From a bacterium (lineage in GTDB: Bacteria > DUMJ01), in contig JBMFMV010000011.1 of the NCBI GenBank assembly GCA_049970495.1, positions 1 to 34,703 on the forward strand: a DNA stretch of 34,703 nucleotides, written 5' to 3'. The notes beneath the pieces were generated by a model that saw nothing but the letters and a program-made list of their open reading frames with translations, made no database searches and was not told the origin of the DNA. Within the stretch, counting starts at the first letter, position 1. The number at the start of each line of letters is the position of its first letter. Shown here one piece after another: positions 1 through 9,496 of this stretch. The position numbers and the translations under genes are program-made.

Positions 1-191
1 GTGCATCTTTGGTAAGTCAACTTATAGAGCTTTTAAGAGATGTGGCAGAAGTCGAATCGGAGAAACCTATCTCCGAAGAAAATAAAGAGTATACAATAGT
101 ATTCTCACCAAAGAAACAGGAGGAGAAAAAGGATGGGAAAAGGACTAAAGACACACAAAGGAGCGGCGAAGAGATTCAGAGTAACAGGTAG
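1..191 (+). CDS. infC: Translation initiation factor IF-3, C-terminal part (gene starts before the window)
   Basis: Frame is open from the window edge. ..LIELLRDVAEVESEKP..YTIVFSPKK resembles the IF-3 C-terminus, and it lies directly upstream of rpmI-rplT (canonical operon). It reads on 59 nt into rpmI. Confidence 0.75.
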   Translation, partial: ASLVSQLIELLRDVAEVESEKPISEENKEYTIVFSPKKQEEKKDGKRTKDTQRSGEEIQSNR

Positions 192-336
192 TGGAAAAAT
201 TATGAGAGCTCATGCGTACAGTGGACATCATTTTATGAGTAAGAGTAAGTCCGCTCTTAGGGTTCTTAAAAGTCTTACTGAAGTTGATAAGACTAATCTT
301 AAAGCAGTCAAAAGACTAATACCTCACAGTTTATAA
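133..336 (+). CDS. rpmI: 50S ribosomal protein L35
   Basis: KTHKGAAKRFRVTGSGK motif; 67 aa, basic; GGAGGAG RBS upstream. Confidence 0.97.
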   Translation: MGKGLKTHKGAAKRFRVTGSGKIMRAHAYSGHHFMSKSKSALRVLKSLTEVDKTNLKAVKRLIPHSL

Positions 337-345
337 GGTGGAGAT

Positions 346-705
346 ATGGCTAGAGTAAAAGGTGGAATAGTTACAAGAAGAAGGCATAAAAAGATATTAA
401 AGCTTGCTAAGGGGTATAGAGGTGCAAGGAGTAGAAGGTTTAGAACAGCTAATGAGACTCTCTTGAAAGCTCTTAGCTATGCTTACAGAGATAGGAAGGC
501 CAGAAAGAGAGAATTTAGGAGACTGTGGATAGCTAGGATAAGCGCCGGAGTTAGAGAATTAGGTATGACTTATTCGAAGTTTATGCATGGCCTAAAGCTA
601 GCAGGCATTTCGTTAAATCGTAAGGTTTTAGCAGATTTAGCAGTCTCAGATAAAGAGGAGTTTAGAAGAATAGTAGAGTTATCTAGATCTGCCTTAAGAT
701 CATAG
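346..705 (+). CDS. rplT: 50S ribosomal protein L20
   Basis: [42 protein letters not shown]. Confidence 0.99.
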   Translation: MARVKGGIVTRRRHKKILKLAKGYRGARSRRFRTANETLLKALSYAYRDRKARKREFRRLWIARISAGVRELGMTYSKFMHGLKLAGISLNRKVLADLAVSDKEEFRRIVELSRSALRS

Positions 706-714
706 AGGTTTTTT

Positions 715-1674
715 ATGGAAGGACTAATTTATCTAGGTATATTAGTCCTTAGTATTCTTATAACTTATTTTTCTACACCTATCTTTAGAAGGTTTTGTAT
801 AAAGATAGGGCTATTAGATAAACCTAACCCAAGAAAGATACATTCTGAGCCAATCCCCCTAGCTGGGGGATTTAGTTTTTTATTTACGTTTATTATACTT
901 TCTTTTATATTTCTTCCTGTCGATAAGAAACTAATAAGTATTGTTGGTGGAGCACTTTTAATATTCTTTACTCATCTAGTTGATGATTATTTCAAAGCAA
1001 ATTCTAAAGATTTTCCTGCCCTTCCAAAATTTTTAGGACAAGTGGCTAGCGCCCTAATAGTAATTGCTGGTGGAATAAGTATATCTGCCGTTAGGAATCC
1101 TTTTTCTGGAGCATATGTGGTTTTCTCTCCACTATTCTCCACTATACTTACAGTGATATGGATAGTTGGTGTAGGTAATCTCATAAACTTTGCTGATGGT
1201 TTAGATGGACTTGCTTCAGGTATAACAGCAATTGCTAGTAGTACATTGGCAATAGTTAGTGGTTTGTTAAATAGGGACTATGCTACAACCTTAGCCATCA
1301 TTCTTCTTGGTATTTCTCTGGGTTTTTTGAGGCACAATATGAGTTCTACTAATAAGGTTTTTATGGGAGATAGTGGAGCATACTTACTTGGATTTATACT
1401 AGGGACCATAGCTATAGAGGGGACAATGAAAAGCACTACAGCAATTGCCGTCCTTGTTCCTTTTATAGTCCTTGGACAGCCAATAATAGATACAGGTATA
1501 AATATTATAAGAAGAACGCTTAAGGGAGAGCCTTTTTATAAGGCGGATAAGGAGCACTTACATCATAGACTTTTGAATTGGGGATTGAATACTACCCAGG
1601 CTCTTCTCTTTTTATATCTCATCAACATATGTTTTTCCCTAATGGCTCTTCTAGTTATCTTTGCTAGAAAGTAG
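715..1674 (+). CDS. WecA/TagO-type (glycosyltransferase family 4) undecaprenyl-phosphate GlcNAc-1-phosphate transferase
   Basis: LLDKPNPRKIH..P..GG, DD motif, NLINFADGLDGLA, FMGDSG, ADKEHLHHRL; multi-pass hydrophobic. Confidence 0.9.
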   Translation: MEGLIYLGILVLSILITYFSTPIFRRFCIKIGLLDKPNPRKIHSEPIPLAGGFSFLFTFIILSFIFLPVDKKLISIVGGALLIFFTHLVDDYFKANSKDFPALPKFLGQVASALIVIAGGISISAVRNPFSGAYVVFSPLFSTILTVIWIVGVGNLINFADGLDGLASGITAIASSTLAIVSGLLNRDYATTLAIILLGISLGFLRHNMSSTNKVFMGDSGAYLLGFILGTIAIEGTMKSTTAIAVLVPFIVLGQPIIDTGINIIRRTLKGEPFYKADKEHLHHRLLNWGLNTTQALLFLYLINICFSLMALLVIFARK

Positions 1675-1695
1675 GTGACACTAATCTTAGATTAG

Positions 1696-2898
1696 ATGTC
1701 TGCCTTACTAAAGATTATCATAGCATTTATAATAGTTGTTTTCTTTTTACTCCGTAAAGTTAAGCTTGGATATTGCTTATTATTAGGTTCTTTAGCTTTA
1801 GGTATCTTATTTAACATACAGTTGACTGACTATTTCAAGTTTGTAATTTTGGCTTTTAAGGACCCTGCCAATCAAAAGCTGATAATAACTCTTTCTACTA
1901 TTTTAATCCTTGCAAATATAATGGGCGAAACCAAACAATTAGAACATATAGTATTACTGGCTAGAAAAGTAATAAAGAACTCTAAAGTAATTATAACTGC
2001 TATGCCTGCTTTGATAGGATTTCTTCCTATTCCAGGTGGTGCTCTCTTTTCTGCTCCTTTAGTGGAAAAGACTGATATTGAATCAGAGATTAGCCCTTCT
2101 ATACGTTCATTTATTAACTACTGGTTTAGACATGTATGGGAATATTTCTTTCCTCTTTATCCGGAGGTAGTATTAGCCACCGCCTTAACTGGTATAGGGA
2201 TGTCTAAATTTATATCTATTCAACTACCATTATCTATCGCGGCTATCATTATCGGTTTTCTCTCTATAGGTAGATTAAGGCTTAGCAGTAGTGTAGAAGA
2301 AGATCCAGTTGATGGGGAATGGAAGACTCTTATTCTCTATGTATTACCTATCCTTGTTCCAATAGTACTCATACTTATAGGAATAACATCTTGGTTAAGT
2401 ATACTTATAGGAGTTATTATAGCTTTACTTATTAATAAAAAGGATACCTGGAGACTTTTGATTAAGGTCCTTCGAAAATTTCCTTTGGATGTGATCTTAA
2501 ATGTAGTAGGCGTTGTTGTCTTTAAGAGTTTTGTAGAGAATACAGGTGGAATTCCACAAGTGGTTCAATTTTTTACACAGCACAATTTTCCATTAATACT
2601 CATAATTACTATTGCTCCTTTTCTAGTAGGACTATTCAGTGGTATGGGTATAGTCCCTATAGGGGTTACATTCCCTTTGATAATACCTCTTGTGAAAGAT
2701 GGTAACTTCTATAACGCTATAATGTTAGCTTATGCCTGTGGATTTATGGGGGTAATGTTATCTCCTGCACATCTCTGTCTTGTGGTAAGCAATCAATACT
2801 TTGATGCTGATATACGGGAGGTTTATAGATTACTCATAATCCCAGTTATATCTATTATACTTGTTGCTTTAATCTTATATCTAGTGAAAGGAGGCTAG
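1696..2898 (+). CDS. DUF401-family integral membrane protein (putative transporter)
   Basis: PALIGFLPIPGGALFSAP, NYWFRHVWE..PLYP, GVMLSPAHLC motifs; about 10-12 hydrophobic segments. Confidence 0.75.
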   Translation: MSALLKIIIAFIIVVFFLLRKVKLGYCLLLGSLALGILFNIQLTDYFKFVILAFKDPANQKLIITLSTILILANIMGETKQLEHIVLLARKVIKNSKVIITAMPALIGFLPIPGGALFSAPLVEKTDIESEISPSIRSFINYWFRHVWEYFFPLYPEVVLATALTGIGMSKFISIQLPLSIAAIIIGFLSIGRLRLSSSVEEDPVDGEWKTLILYVLPILVPIVLILIGITSWLSILIGVIIALLINKKDTWRLLIKVLRKFPLDVILNVVGVVVFKSFVENTGGIPQVVQFFTQHNFPLILIITIAPFLVGLFSGMGIVPIGVTFPLIIPLVKDGNFYNAIMLAYACGFMGVMLSPAHLCLVVSNQYFDADIREVYRLLIIPVISIILVALILYLVKGG

Positions 2899-2905
2899 CG
2901 TAAAA

Positions 2906-5900
2906 ATGGAAAAGCTAGAATACGCAATACAAAGATTAGGTTTGAGATTAGGAGAACTTAGTACTTTTAAACTGATAAAAAGATATAATTTAAATGAATG
3001 GTCCTTTAGTACAGATAAGAAGAATTGGCAGAGATTAAATATAGGTGATAGGTGGCCAGTCCAGGCGTTCCCTTGTTATTTTACTAAGGAGTTTGTCATC
3101 CCGGAAGAATTTAAAGGTTTACCTGTAAGACTGCAGGTTTGGGTAGAAGGGGAAGGGATTGTATATATTAATGAAAAGCCCGTAGGAGGTTTAGACCCAA
3201 ATCATAGGGAATTTAAACTCCTAGACTCAGCTAATGGTGGAGAAAGATTTAATATTTTAATAGAAGCTGTCCCTAGAGGACCTTTTGGTAGCTATGTTGC
3301 TGATCCACACCTAACCCAGGCTCGATTAGTCAGTATTGACGATGCTGTGGAGTCTGCTTTATTTGATTTGTATGCAGTATTAGATGCAGCCAAGAATCTA
3401 CCTGATGAGAATGAATTGAAGGAGTTCTTGATAAATGCTTTAGACTCTGCTTTAAGTCTGGTAAAGTTTCCATCTCATACAGGAGACTATCTGGTAAATA
3501 TTACGGAAAATCCTTTCGGCAGTAGAATGGTCCTTGGAGTATGGAATCCTCCTATTCCTAAGGGAGAGTTCGTAAGCCCTGAAGAAACTAGGAAAAGTAT
3601 TATAGAAGCTGGTAGAAAGATTACTGAATTATTAGATAAGATAAAGGCACAGTATCCACCAGTAGGGAATATTACCCTAACAGGGCATTCACATATAGAC
3701 CTAGCTTGGCTCTGGCCAATGGCTGAGACAAGAAGGAAGATTAGAAGAACATCATCTACTATGGTTTCTTTGATGGATAGCTATAGCGATTTTAAATTCA
3801 ACCAAAGTAGTGCTCAGATCTATGCCTTCTTAAAAGAAGATGAACCAGAGCTTTACGAAAGAGTTAAAGAGAAGATAAAGAGTGGACAGTGGGAACCAGT
3901 AGGTGGTATGTGGGTTGAAAGTGACTGCAATCTCACCTCAGGTGAATCCCTTGTAAGACAGATGCTGTATGCGCAGAGGTTCTTTGAGAAGGAATTCGGT
4001 AAAAGATGTAAAGTCGCCTGGCTTCCAGATGCCTTTGGCTTTACCTGGACACTACCACAACTCTTTAAGAAAGCGGGTATAGATTACTTCCTTACTACTA
4101 AGATTAACTGGAATGAAACCAATAAATTCCCCTATGACCTATTCTATTGGAAAGGGTTGGATGGGACAAAGATAATAGCCCATTCTTTCCTAAACCCTGG
4201 CCAGGGTTATAATGGAAACATCCAGGCTCTAGATATACTTGGTACTTGGAAGAACTATAGGCAGAAGGTACTTTATCCAGACACCTTATTATCCTTTGGA
4301 TATGGTGATGGCGGTGGTGGACCAACGAGAGAGATGCTAGAAATGTATAAAAGATTTAAGGAATTCCCTGGATTTCCAAGGTTAAAGATGGGATTTGTGG
4401 AGGAATTTTTTGAAAGAGCTCCTAAGGAAGAGCTTCCCGTTTGGGATGGAGAACTGTACCTAGAACTTCACCGTGGAACTTATACAACTCAGTCTAAAAT
4501 GAAGAAGGCTAACAGAAGGGTAGAACATCTTCTCTATACCGCAGAAGTATTTGCTAGTATAGGGTATCTTATAACTGGTAGATATCCGCAAGATGAGCTA
4601 ACTATAGGGTGGCACAAGTTACTTAGGAATCAATTCCACGATATACTTCCAGGATCTTCTATTAGAGAGGTGTACGAAGATGCACTTAGAGAACTAAAAG
4701 AGGTAGAAGATTCTACAAATAGAATCATTCAAGAGTCTATAAAGACTATAGCTGGAAGACTGAAGCTAGATAGAGAAGCCATAATAGTCTTTAATCCAAC
4801 ATCTTTCTCTAGAGAACTAAGATATATAGGAAAAGATATTCCGTCTGATAAGCTTGAACTTTCTGATGGAAAACCTATCTTTGTGCAAGACCTACCCGAT
4901 GGAACCAAATTACTATATAGTCCAGAGGTCAAGGTTCCTCCTATGGGATATGTAGTGCTTTACAAGTCCCTACATATTCCTCAAGCTAGTAAGGTAAAGG
5001 TCTTTGAGGATACCTTAGAAAATGACCTGGTAAGAATTAAAATAGGAAATGATGGAACTATAGTCTCATACTATGACAAGATAAATGATAGAGAGATCTT
5101 TACCGATAGGGGGAATCAGCTGTGGGCTTATTCTGATAGACCTAGAAATTGGGATGCTTGGGATATTGCTACAGACTACGAAAATTATGGTGAAGAGATT
5201 AAAGATGTTGAATACATAAGAGTTATCGAAAGTGGACCAGCAAGAGTTTCTATAGAGGTAAAGAAGAGATATAGAAACTCTTGCATAGTGCAGAGGTATG
5301 TGTTATACGATGGGAGTCCGAGACTAGATATAGAAACTACGATAGATTGGCACGATAGAAGAATACTAGTTAAAGCCCTATTCCCATTTGATATTAGAAA
5401 CTCTTATGCAACTTATGAGATAGCTTATGGGCATATACAGAGACCTACTCATAAGAATACTAGTTGGGATTCTGCAAGATTTGAGGTCCCGGGTCATAGA
5501 TGGGTCGATATCTCAGAAGGTGATTATGGAGTAAGTATCCTAAACGATGCTAAATATGGTTACAGTGCTAATGAGAATATAATTGGCCTTTCTCTACTTA
5601 GAGCTCCAATATATCCTGATTTCTTTGCCGATGAGGGTGAACAGTCTTTCACCTACAGCATCTTACCTCATAAGGGTGATTGGAGGACAGAAACAGTACA
5701 GAGCGCTATAGCCCTTAATACTCCTTTAGTAGGGATTTCTTTAGTGACTACAGAAGGTGGAGCTGAGCTCTCTAGGTCATTCATAGATATAGGGTCGGAG
5801 AATATAATAGTTGGAGCATTTAAGAAGGCAGAAGATGATAATGCTGTAGTCTTAAGATTATATGAAGCCTATGGTTATAGAGGAAGAGTAAAGATAAAAT

Positions 5901-6034
5901 TTGGGTTTGATATAAAGAAGGCTGTAGAGACGAATCTCTTGGAAGATGACCTTACTCCCATAGAAGTAAAGTCTAACGAGATAGAAGTTCTATTTAAGCC
6001 TTATGAGGTAAAGACCATAAAACTATTCGTCTAG
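2906..6034 (+). CDS. Cytoplasmic alpha-mannosidase, glycoside hydrolase family 38
   Basis: GHSHIDLAWLW (Zn ligands), WLPDAFG (nucleophile Asp), GDGGGGP, ELYLELHRGTYT, NQFHDILPGSSI, LSLLRAP. Confidence 0.95.
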   Translation: MEKLEYAIQRLGLRLGELSTFKLIKRYNLNEWSFSTDKKNWQRLNIGDRWPVQAFPCYFTKEFVIPEEFKGLPVRLQVWVEGEGIVYINEKPVGGLDPNHREFKLLDSANGGERFNILIEAVPRGPFGSYVADPHLTQARLVSIDDAVESALFDLYAVLDAAKNLPDENELKEFLINALDSALSLVKFPSHTGDYLVNITENPFGSRMVLGVWNPPIPKGEFVSPEETRKSIIEAGRKITELLDKIKAQYPPVGNITLTGHSHIDLAWLWPMAETRRKIRRTSSTMVSLMDSYSDFKFNQSSAQIYAFLKEDEPELYERVKEKIKSGQWEPVGGMWVESDCNLTSGESLVRQMLYAQRFFEKEFGKRCKVAWLPDAFGFTWTLPQLFKKAGIDYFLTTKINWNETNKFPYDLFYWKGLDGTKIIAHSFLNPGQGYNGNIQALDILGTWKNYRQKVLYPDTLLSFGYGDGGGGPTREMLEMYKRFKEFPGFPRLKMGFVEEFFERAPKEELPVWDGELYLELHRGTYTTQSKMKKANRRVEHLLYTAEVFASIGYLITGRYPQDELTIGWHKLLRNQFHDILPGSSIREVYEDALRELKEVEDSTNRIIQESIKTIAGRLKLDREAIIVFNPTSFSRELRYIGKDIPSDKLELSDGKPIFVQDLPDGTKLLYSPEVKVPPMGYVVLYKSLHIPQASKVKVFEDTLENDLVRIKIGNDGTIVSYYDKINDREIFTDRGNQLWAYSDRPRNWDAWDIATDYENYGEEIKDVEYIRVIESGPARVSIEVKKRYRNSCIVQRYVLYDGSPRLDIETTIDWHDRRILVKALFPFDIRNSYATYEIAYGHIQRPTHKNTSWDSARFEVPGHRWVDISEGDYGVSILNDAKYGYSANENIIGLSLLRAPIYPDFFADEGEQSFTYSILPHKGDWRTETVQSAIALNTPLVGISLVTTEGGAELSRSFIDIGSENIIVGAFKKAEDDNAVVLRLYEAYGYRGRVKIKFGFDIKKAVETNLLEDDLTPIEVKSNEIEVLFKPYEVKTIKLFV

Positions 6035-6035
6035 A

Positions 6036-7124
6036 GTGGAAATTATGAATTTTAATTCTATTGTAAAGATATTACCTACGAGGGTATATAGAGTGTATAA
6101 GGGGGGTGCTCTCCTAGATTTATTTAGGGGAGAAAAGGAGCCTAAAGATACAAATTATCCAGAGGATTGGATATGTTCCACAGTCAGAGCTCTTCAGCCT
6201 TACGGGATATCAGATGAAAGTATCTCCAAGATAGAACCTATAGAAGGTAAAAAGAATATCGAAGAACTTATTAATCTGTACCCTAAAGAGATACTTGGGA
6301 ATAAGCATATTGATGCATATGGATATAAGCTGAATATTTTAGTTAAACTCCTTGATTCGGCTATAAGGCTTCCTCTACAATGTCATCCAGAAAAGTCTTT
6401 CTCTAGAAAGTATCTAAATGCTAATTACGGAAAGGCTGAAGCATGGTTTATAGTTGGCACAAGGAAAGTCTCCTCAGAGGAGCCCTATATCTTACTAGGG
6501 TTCAAAGAGAAAGTAGATAAAAGAAAACTAATGTCTCTTATAGAGAAAGATGATTCAGAGTCTTTAGTCTCTCTTATGAATAAGATAAGGGTATCTCCTT
6601 ATGATACTTATTTTATTGCTCCTGGATTACCACACGCCATTGGTGAAGGAGTATTTATGGTTGAGACTCAAGAACCTTCAGACTTTACTTTTTCAATTGA
6701 ACGTAGATGTGGTGATGTGGTATCTACCGACAATAAGTGTACTTTAAATTTAGGGTGGGACTTAGCTTTGGATGCATTCGATTATACTCCATACTCTGAG
6801 CTAGAGATAAAAGAGAAATTCGGGATGAAAAAAGAGCTAATATCTGCAGTAAGTACTGGTAAAATTTATAACTTAAATGGAGGAAACTATATGAAGTCAT
6901 GCTTTGAGATATTCTTCTTAGAGAATGTAAGAGATGTACCTAGTTCTTTTAAGAGTTTTGCCTCATTGGTAGTCTTGAATGGAAAAGGATTTATAGTTAG
7001 AGGAAAAGAAGAATATCCTATAAAGAAAGGGGAAACATATCTACTCCCATTTAACTTTGGAGAACACCGCTACATAGGAGAAGAACCGCTAGATATAGTT
7101 ATATCCTTACCGCCTGATATTTAG
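6036..7124 (+). CDS. Class I mannose-6-phosphate isomerase-like cupin
   Basis: PEDW, LVKLLD..RLPLQCHP, GKAEAW, PHAIG, ETQEPSD metal-binding motifs; directly follows the GH38 gene. The start may be GTG 6036 or ATG 6045. Confidence 0.8.
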   Translation: MEIMNFNSIVKILPTRVYRVYKGGALLDLFRGEKEPKDTNYPEDWICSTVRALQPYGISDESISKIEPIEGKKNIEELINLYPKEILGNKHIDAYGYKLNILVKLLDSAIRLPLQCHPEKSFSRKYLNANYGKAEAWFIVGTRKVSSEEPYILLGFKEKVDKRKLMSLIEKDDSESLVSLMNKIRVSPYDTYFIAPGLPHAIGEGVFMVETQEPSDFTFSIERRCGDVVSTDNKCTLNLGWDLALDAFDYTPYSELEIKEKFGMKKELISAVSTGKIYNLNGGNYMKSCFEIFFLENVRDVPSSFKSFASLVVLNGKGFIVRGKEEYPIKKGETYLLPFNFGEHRYIGEEPLDIVISLPPDI

Positions 7125-7130
7125 ATAGTA

Positions 7131-8492
7131 TCACCATCCGTATCTTTCTGGTCCCCAAGGTTTCTTTATGTAATCTTGTTTTGCTAGGATAAGGGTATTA
7201 GATGGTATATCTTCGTAGGCTATAACACCAGGACCTACTAAGCTGTAGCATCCTACCTTTACTCCAGGCATTATTATGGCATTTACTCCAGTCCTAGAGA
7301 AGTTGCCTATATAAGTAGCATTTGCTCCTTCCTTTGGAAATTCAGATCTATCTTTTATCCTATGTACTGTGTATCTATCATCGAATCTTAAAGTTCCGCA
7401 GACTGTAGCAGCTCCTATATCTACAGAATGACCGAAAACTCCATAGAGCTCGGAATAGTGAACTACATATACATTGTCAAAAAAGACGCCACTTATTTCT
7501 GCACAGTGGCCAATGTGACATCTATTCCCTATAGATGTGTATCCTCCTATCTCTGGATAGTTATAGATAAAGCAGTTATTACCTATAACGCAGGGACCGC
7601 TAAATATAGCGCCGTTAGTTATAGTAGTGTTATCCCCAACTATAAGATTTCCCATTATCACAACTCTTGGACCTATATGGGAGTTTCTCCCTAGTATAAC
7701 CTTACCATTTATATATGTGTCCTCAGCTATAGTAGAACCTTCTGAGATTTTTGTTTCCTCTATGGAATTTGATAAGAACTCAATGTATTTTCTATTTGCC
7801 TCGAGGATATGCCAAGGTTTATCTATATCTACAAAGAAGTTTTCTATCTCTATCGCATAGACATCTAAACCTTCTTCTATCATTACTTGAAAACTCTGAG
7901 CAAGCTCTACCTCCTGGGGAGGCATACCACCTACGGGGACATTTCTCATAAAAGATGGCGTTTTTTCGATATATTGGATAAATTCTTTTCCTATGAAGTA
8001 AATTCCACACATCCTATGAGAACCTGACCTAGGATGCCCCTCTATAGATATTACTTTCTCTCCATTAACTTTTGCACATATCCAATCCTGGGGTTCTTCT
8101 TTATCTAGAGGGGATATAAGACAGGTAAGTCTAAGCTCTCTAGATTTCTCTATGAATTTTTCTAAGTCCTTTGGATGAACAATGACATCTCCATAGATAA
8201 CTATGAGGTCATCTTGAGAAATAATACTTAAAGAATCTAGAAGTGTTTTAGCTGTTCCGTTCTGTCTATCTATTTCGATATAATTTATACCTGTAAAGTC
8301 TTTCAATGCGTATCTGACATCCTCTTTTAGATAACCTAAAACCACGTAGATGTCAACATTATACTTTTTTAGCTCTTCAACTAAGATTCTAATTACCGGT
8401 TTATTAGCAACTGGAATAGTAGCCTTAGGCATCGTCTCACTGTAGGGCCAAAGCCTTGTTCCTCTTCCTCCTGCTAGGATTACAGCTTTCAT
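7131..8492 (-). CDS. Sugar-1-phosphate nucleotidyltransferase with C-terminal hexapeptide (left-handed beta-helix) domain, archaeal GlmU-like
   Basis: KAVILAGGRGTRLWP..PK, YGD, VDIDKPWHILEAN, IG..IG repeats, GAATVCGTLRFD, GVNAIIMPGVKVG. Confidence 0.85.
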   Translation of the reverse strand: MKAVILAGGRGTRLWPYSETMPKATIPVANKPVIRILVEELKKYNVDIYVVLGYLKEDVRYALKDFTGINYIEIDRQNGTAKTLLDSLSIISQDDLIVIYGDVIVHPKDLEKFIEKSRELRLTCLISPLDKEEPQDWICAKVNGEKVISIEGHPRSGSHRMCGIYFIGKEFIQYIEKTPSFMRNVPVGGMPPQEVELAQSFQVMIEEGLDVYAIEIENFFVDIDKPWHILEANRKYIEFLSNSIEETKISEGSTIAEDTYINGKVILGRNSHIGPRVVIMGNLIVGDNTTITNGAIFSGPCVIGNNCFIYNYPEIGGYTSIGNRCHIGHCAEISGVFFDNVYVVHYSELYGVFGHSVDIGAATVCGTLRFDDRYTVHRIKDRSEFPKEGANATYIGNFSRTGVNAIIMPGVKVGCYSLVGPGVIAYEDIPSNTLILAKQDYIKKPWGPERYGW

Positions 8493-9496
8493 AGAATTAC
8501 CTCCCTGTTTATCTTTAGATTCTCAAAAACTGTAGATTCTATATTACTGTATACTTCAGGGTTTATCTCTCCAAAATGATAGTAAAATGATAGAAGTAAA
8601 GCCCCTACTACTGGTTCATACCTCGGCAGAATTATTTCCCCATTGGGGTTAAAAGAGTGTAGTTCTGCTCTTATATAGTCTATTAGAAGTGGACCCTTAG
8701 CCTTAAAGATACTACCTCCTAAGACAACTTTTACTGGCTCTCTATGAAGTGATAGTCTTTTCATTATAGCCCATGCAGATAATGCAGTCTCTTTTGCTAT
8801 CTTCTTTACTATCTCTATAGAGACCTTATCCCCTAGGTATGCACATTCAAATAGGATTGGAGTAAGGAGTAAGATTTTACTACGATCAATCTTTTCATAG
8901 TAGAGCTTTTTGGCTAATGATACGAAATCATCTTCTTCAAAGAACTCTAAGACCTTCTCTGACAATATGGTTTCCTCTCCTCGTCCATCATAAGCTCTAA
9001 AGACCCTATGAAGTATCTCTCTAGATATATCTCCTGAGCCTCCCCAATCTCCAAAGAGGAACCCTTCTCCGAATAGTCTAGCTTCCTTGCCAGATCTTCC
9101 TATCCCTACCGCGTTAGTTCCTGTCCCCATAATTACTGCAACTCCATAAGCTTCTCTTATTATTCCTGCTTTAAGAGCTGCTAGTGTATCGTTTTTTATT
9201 ATCACTTTATCTACTCTATTTAGCTTACTTACAGCTTCTTCTAGCATCACAAAGTCTTCTGGAAAGTCTGCCCCTGCAAGGCAAAAACATCCAAAGTCTG
9301 CCCTTTCTATTCCTGCCATGTTAAAGGCTTCTGATATAGCCTTATCTATCTCTCTCATAGCTGGATTTAGACCGAATACCTCATAATTACCGGTTCCCCC
9401 AGAACCAAATCCTAGTATCTTTCCTTTTTCATTGGCAACTAGACAATGCGTTTTGCTTGCCCCTGCATCAACACCAAGTAAATACATGTTCATCAA
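8489..9496 (-). CDS. BadF/BadG/BcrA/BcrD-type ASKHA sugar kinase (GlcNAc kinase-like)
   Basis: LGVDAGASKT, LAGAD, NDT, IMGTGTN, FGDWGGSG, LGGSIF; ATGA overlaps with both neighbours. Confidence 0.85.
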   Translation of the reverse strand: MMNMYLLGVDAGASKTHCLVANEKGKILGFGSGGTGNYEVFGLNPAMREIDKAISEAFNMAGIERADFGCFCLAGADFPEDFVMLEEAVSKLNRVDKVIIKNDTLAALKAGIIREAYGVAVIMGTGTNAVGIGRSGKEARLFGEGFLFGDWGGSGDISREILHRVFRAYDGRGEETILSEKVLEFFEEDDFVSLAKKLYYEKIDRSKILLLTPILFECAYLGDKVSIEIVKKIAKETALSAWAIMKRLSLHREPVKVVLGGSIFKAKGPLLIDYIRAELHSFNPNGEIILPRYEPVVGALLLSFYYHFGEINPEVYSNIESTVFENLKINREVIL

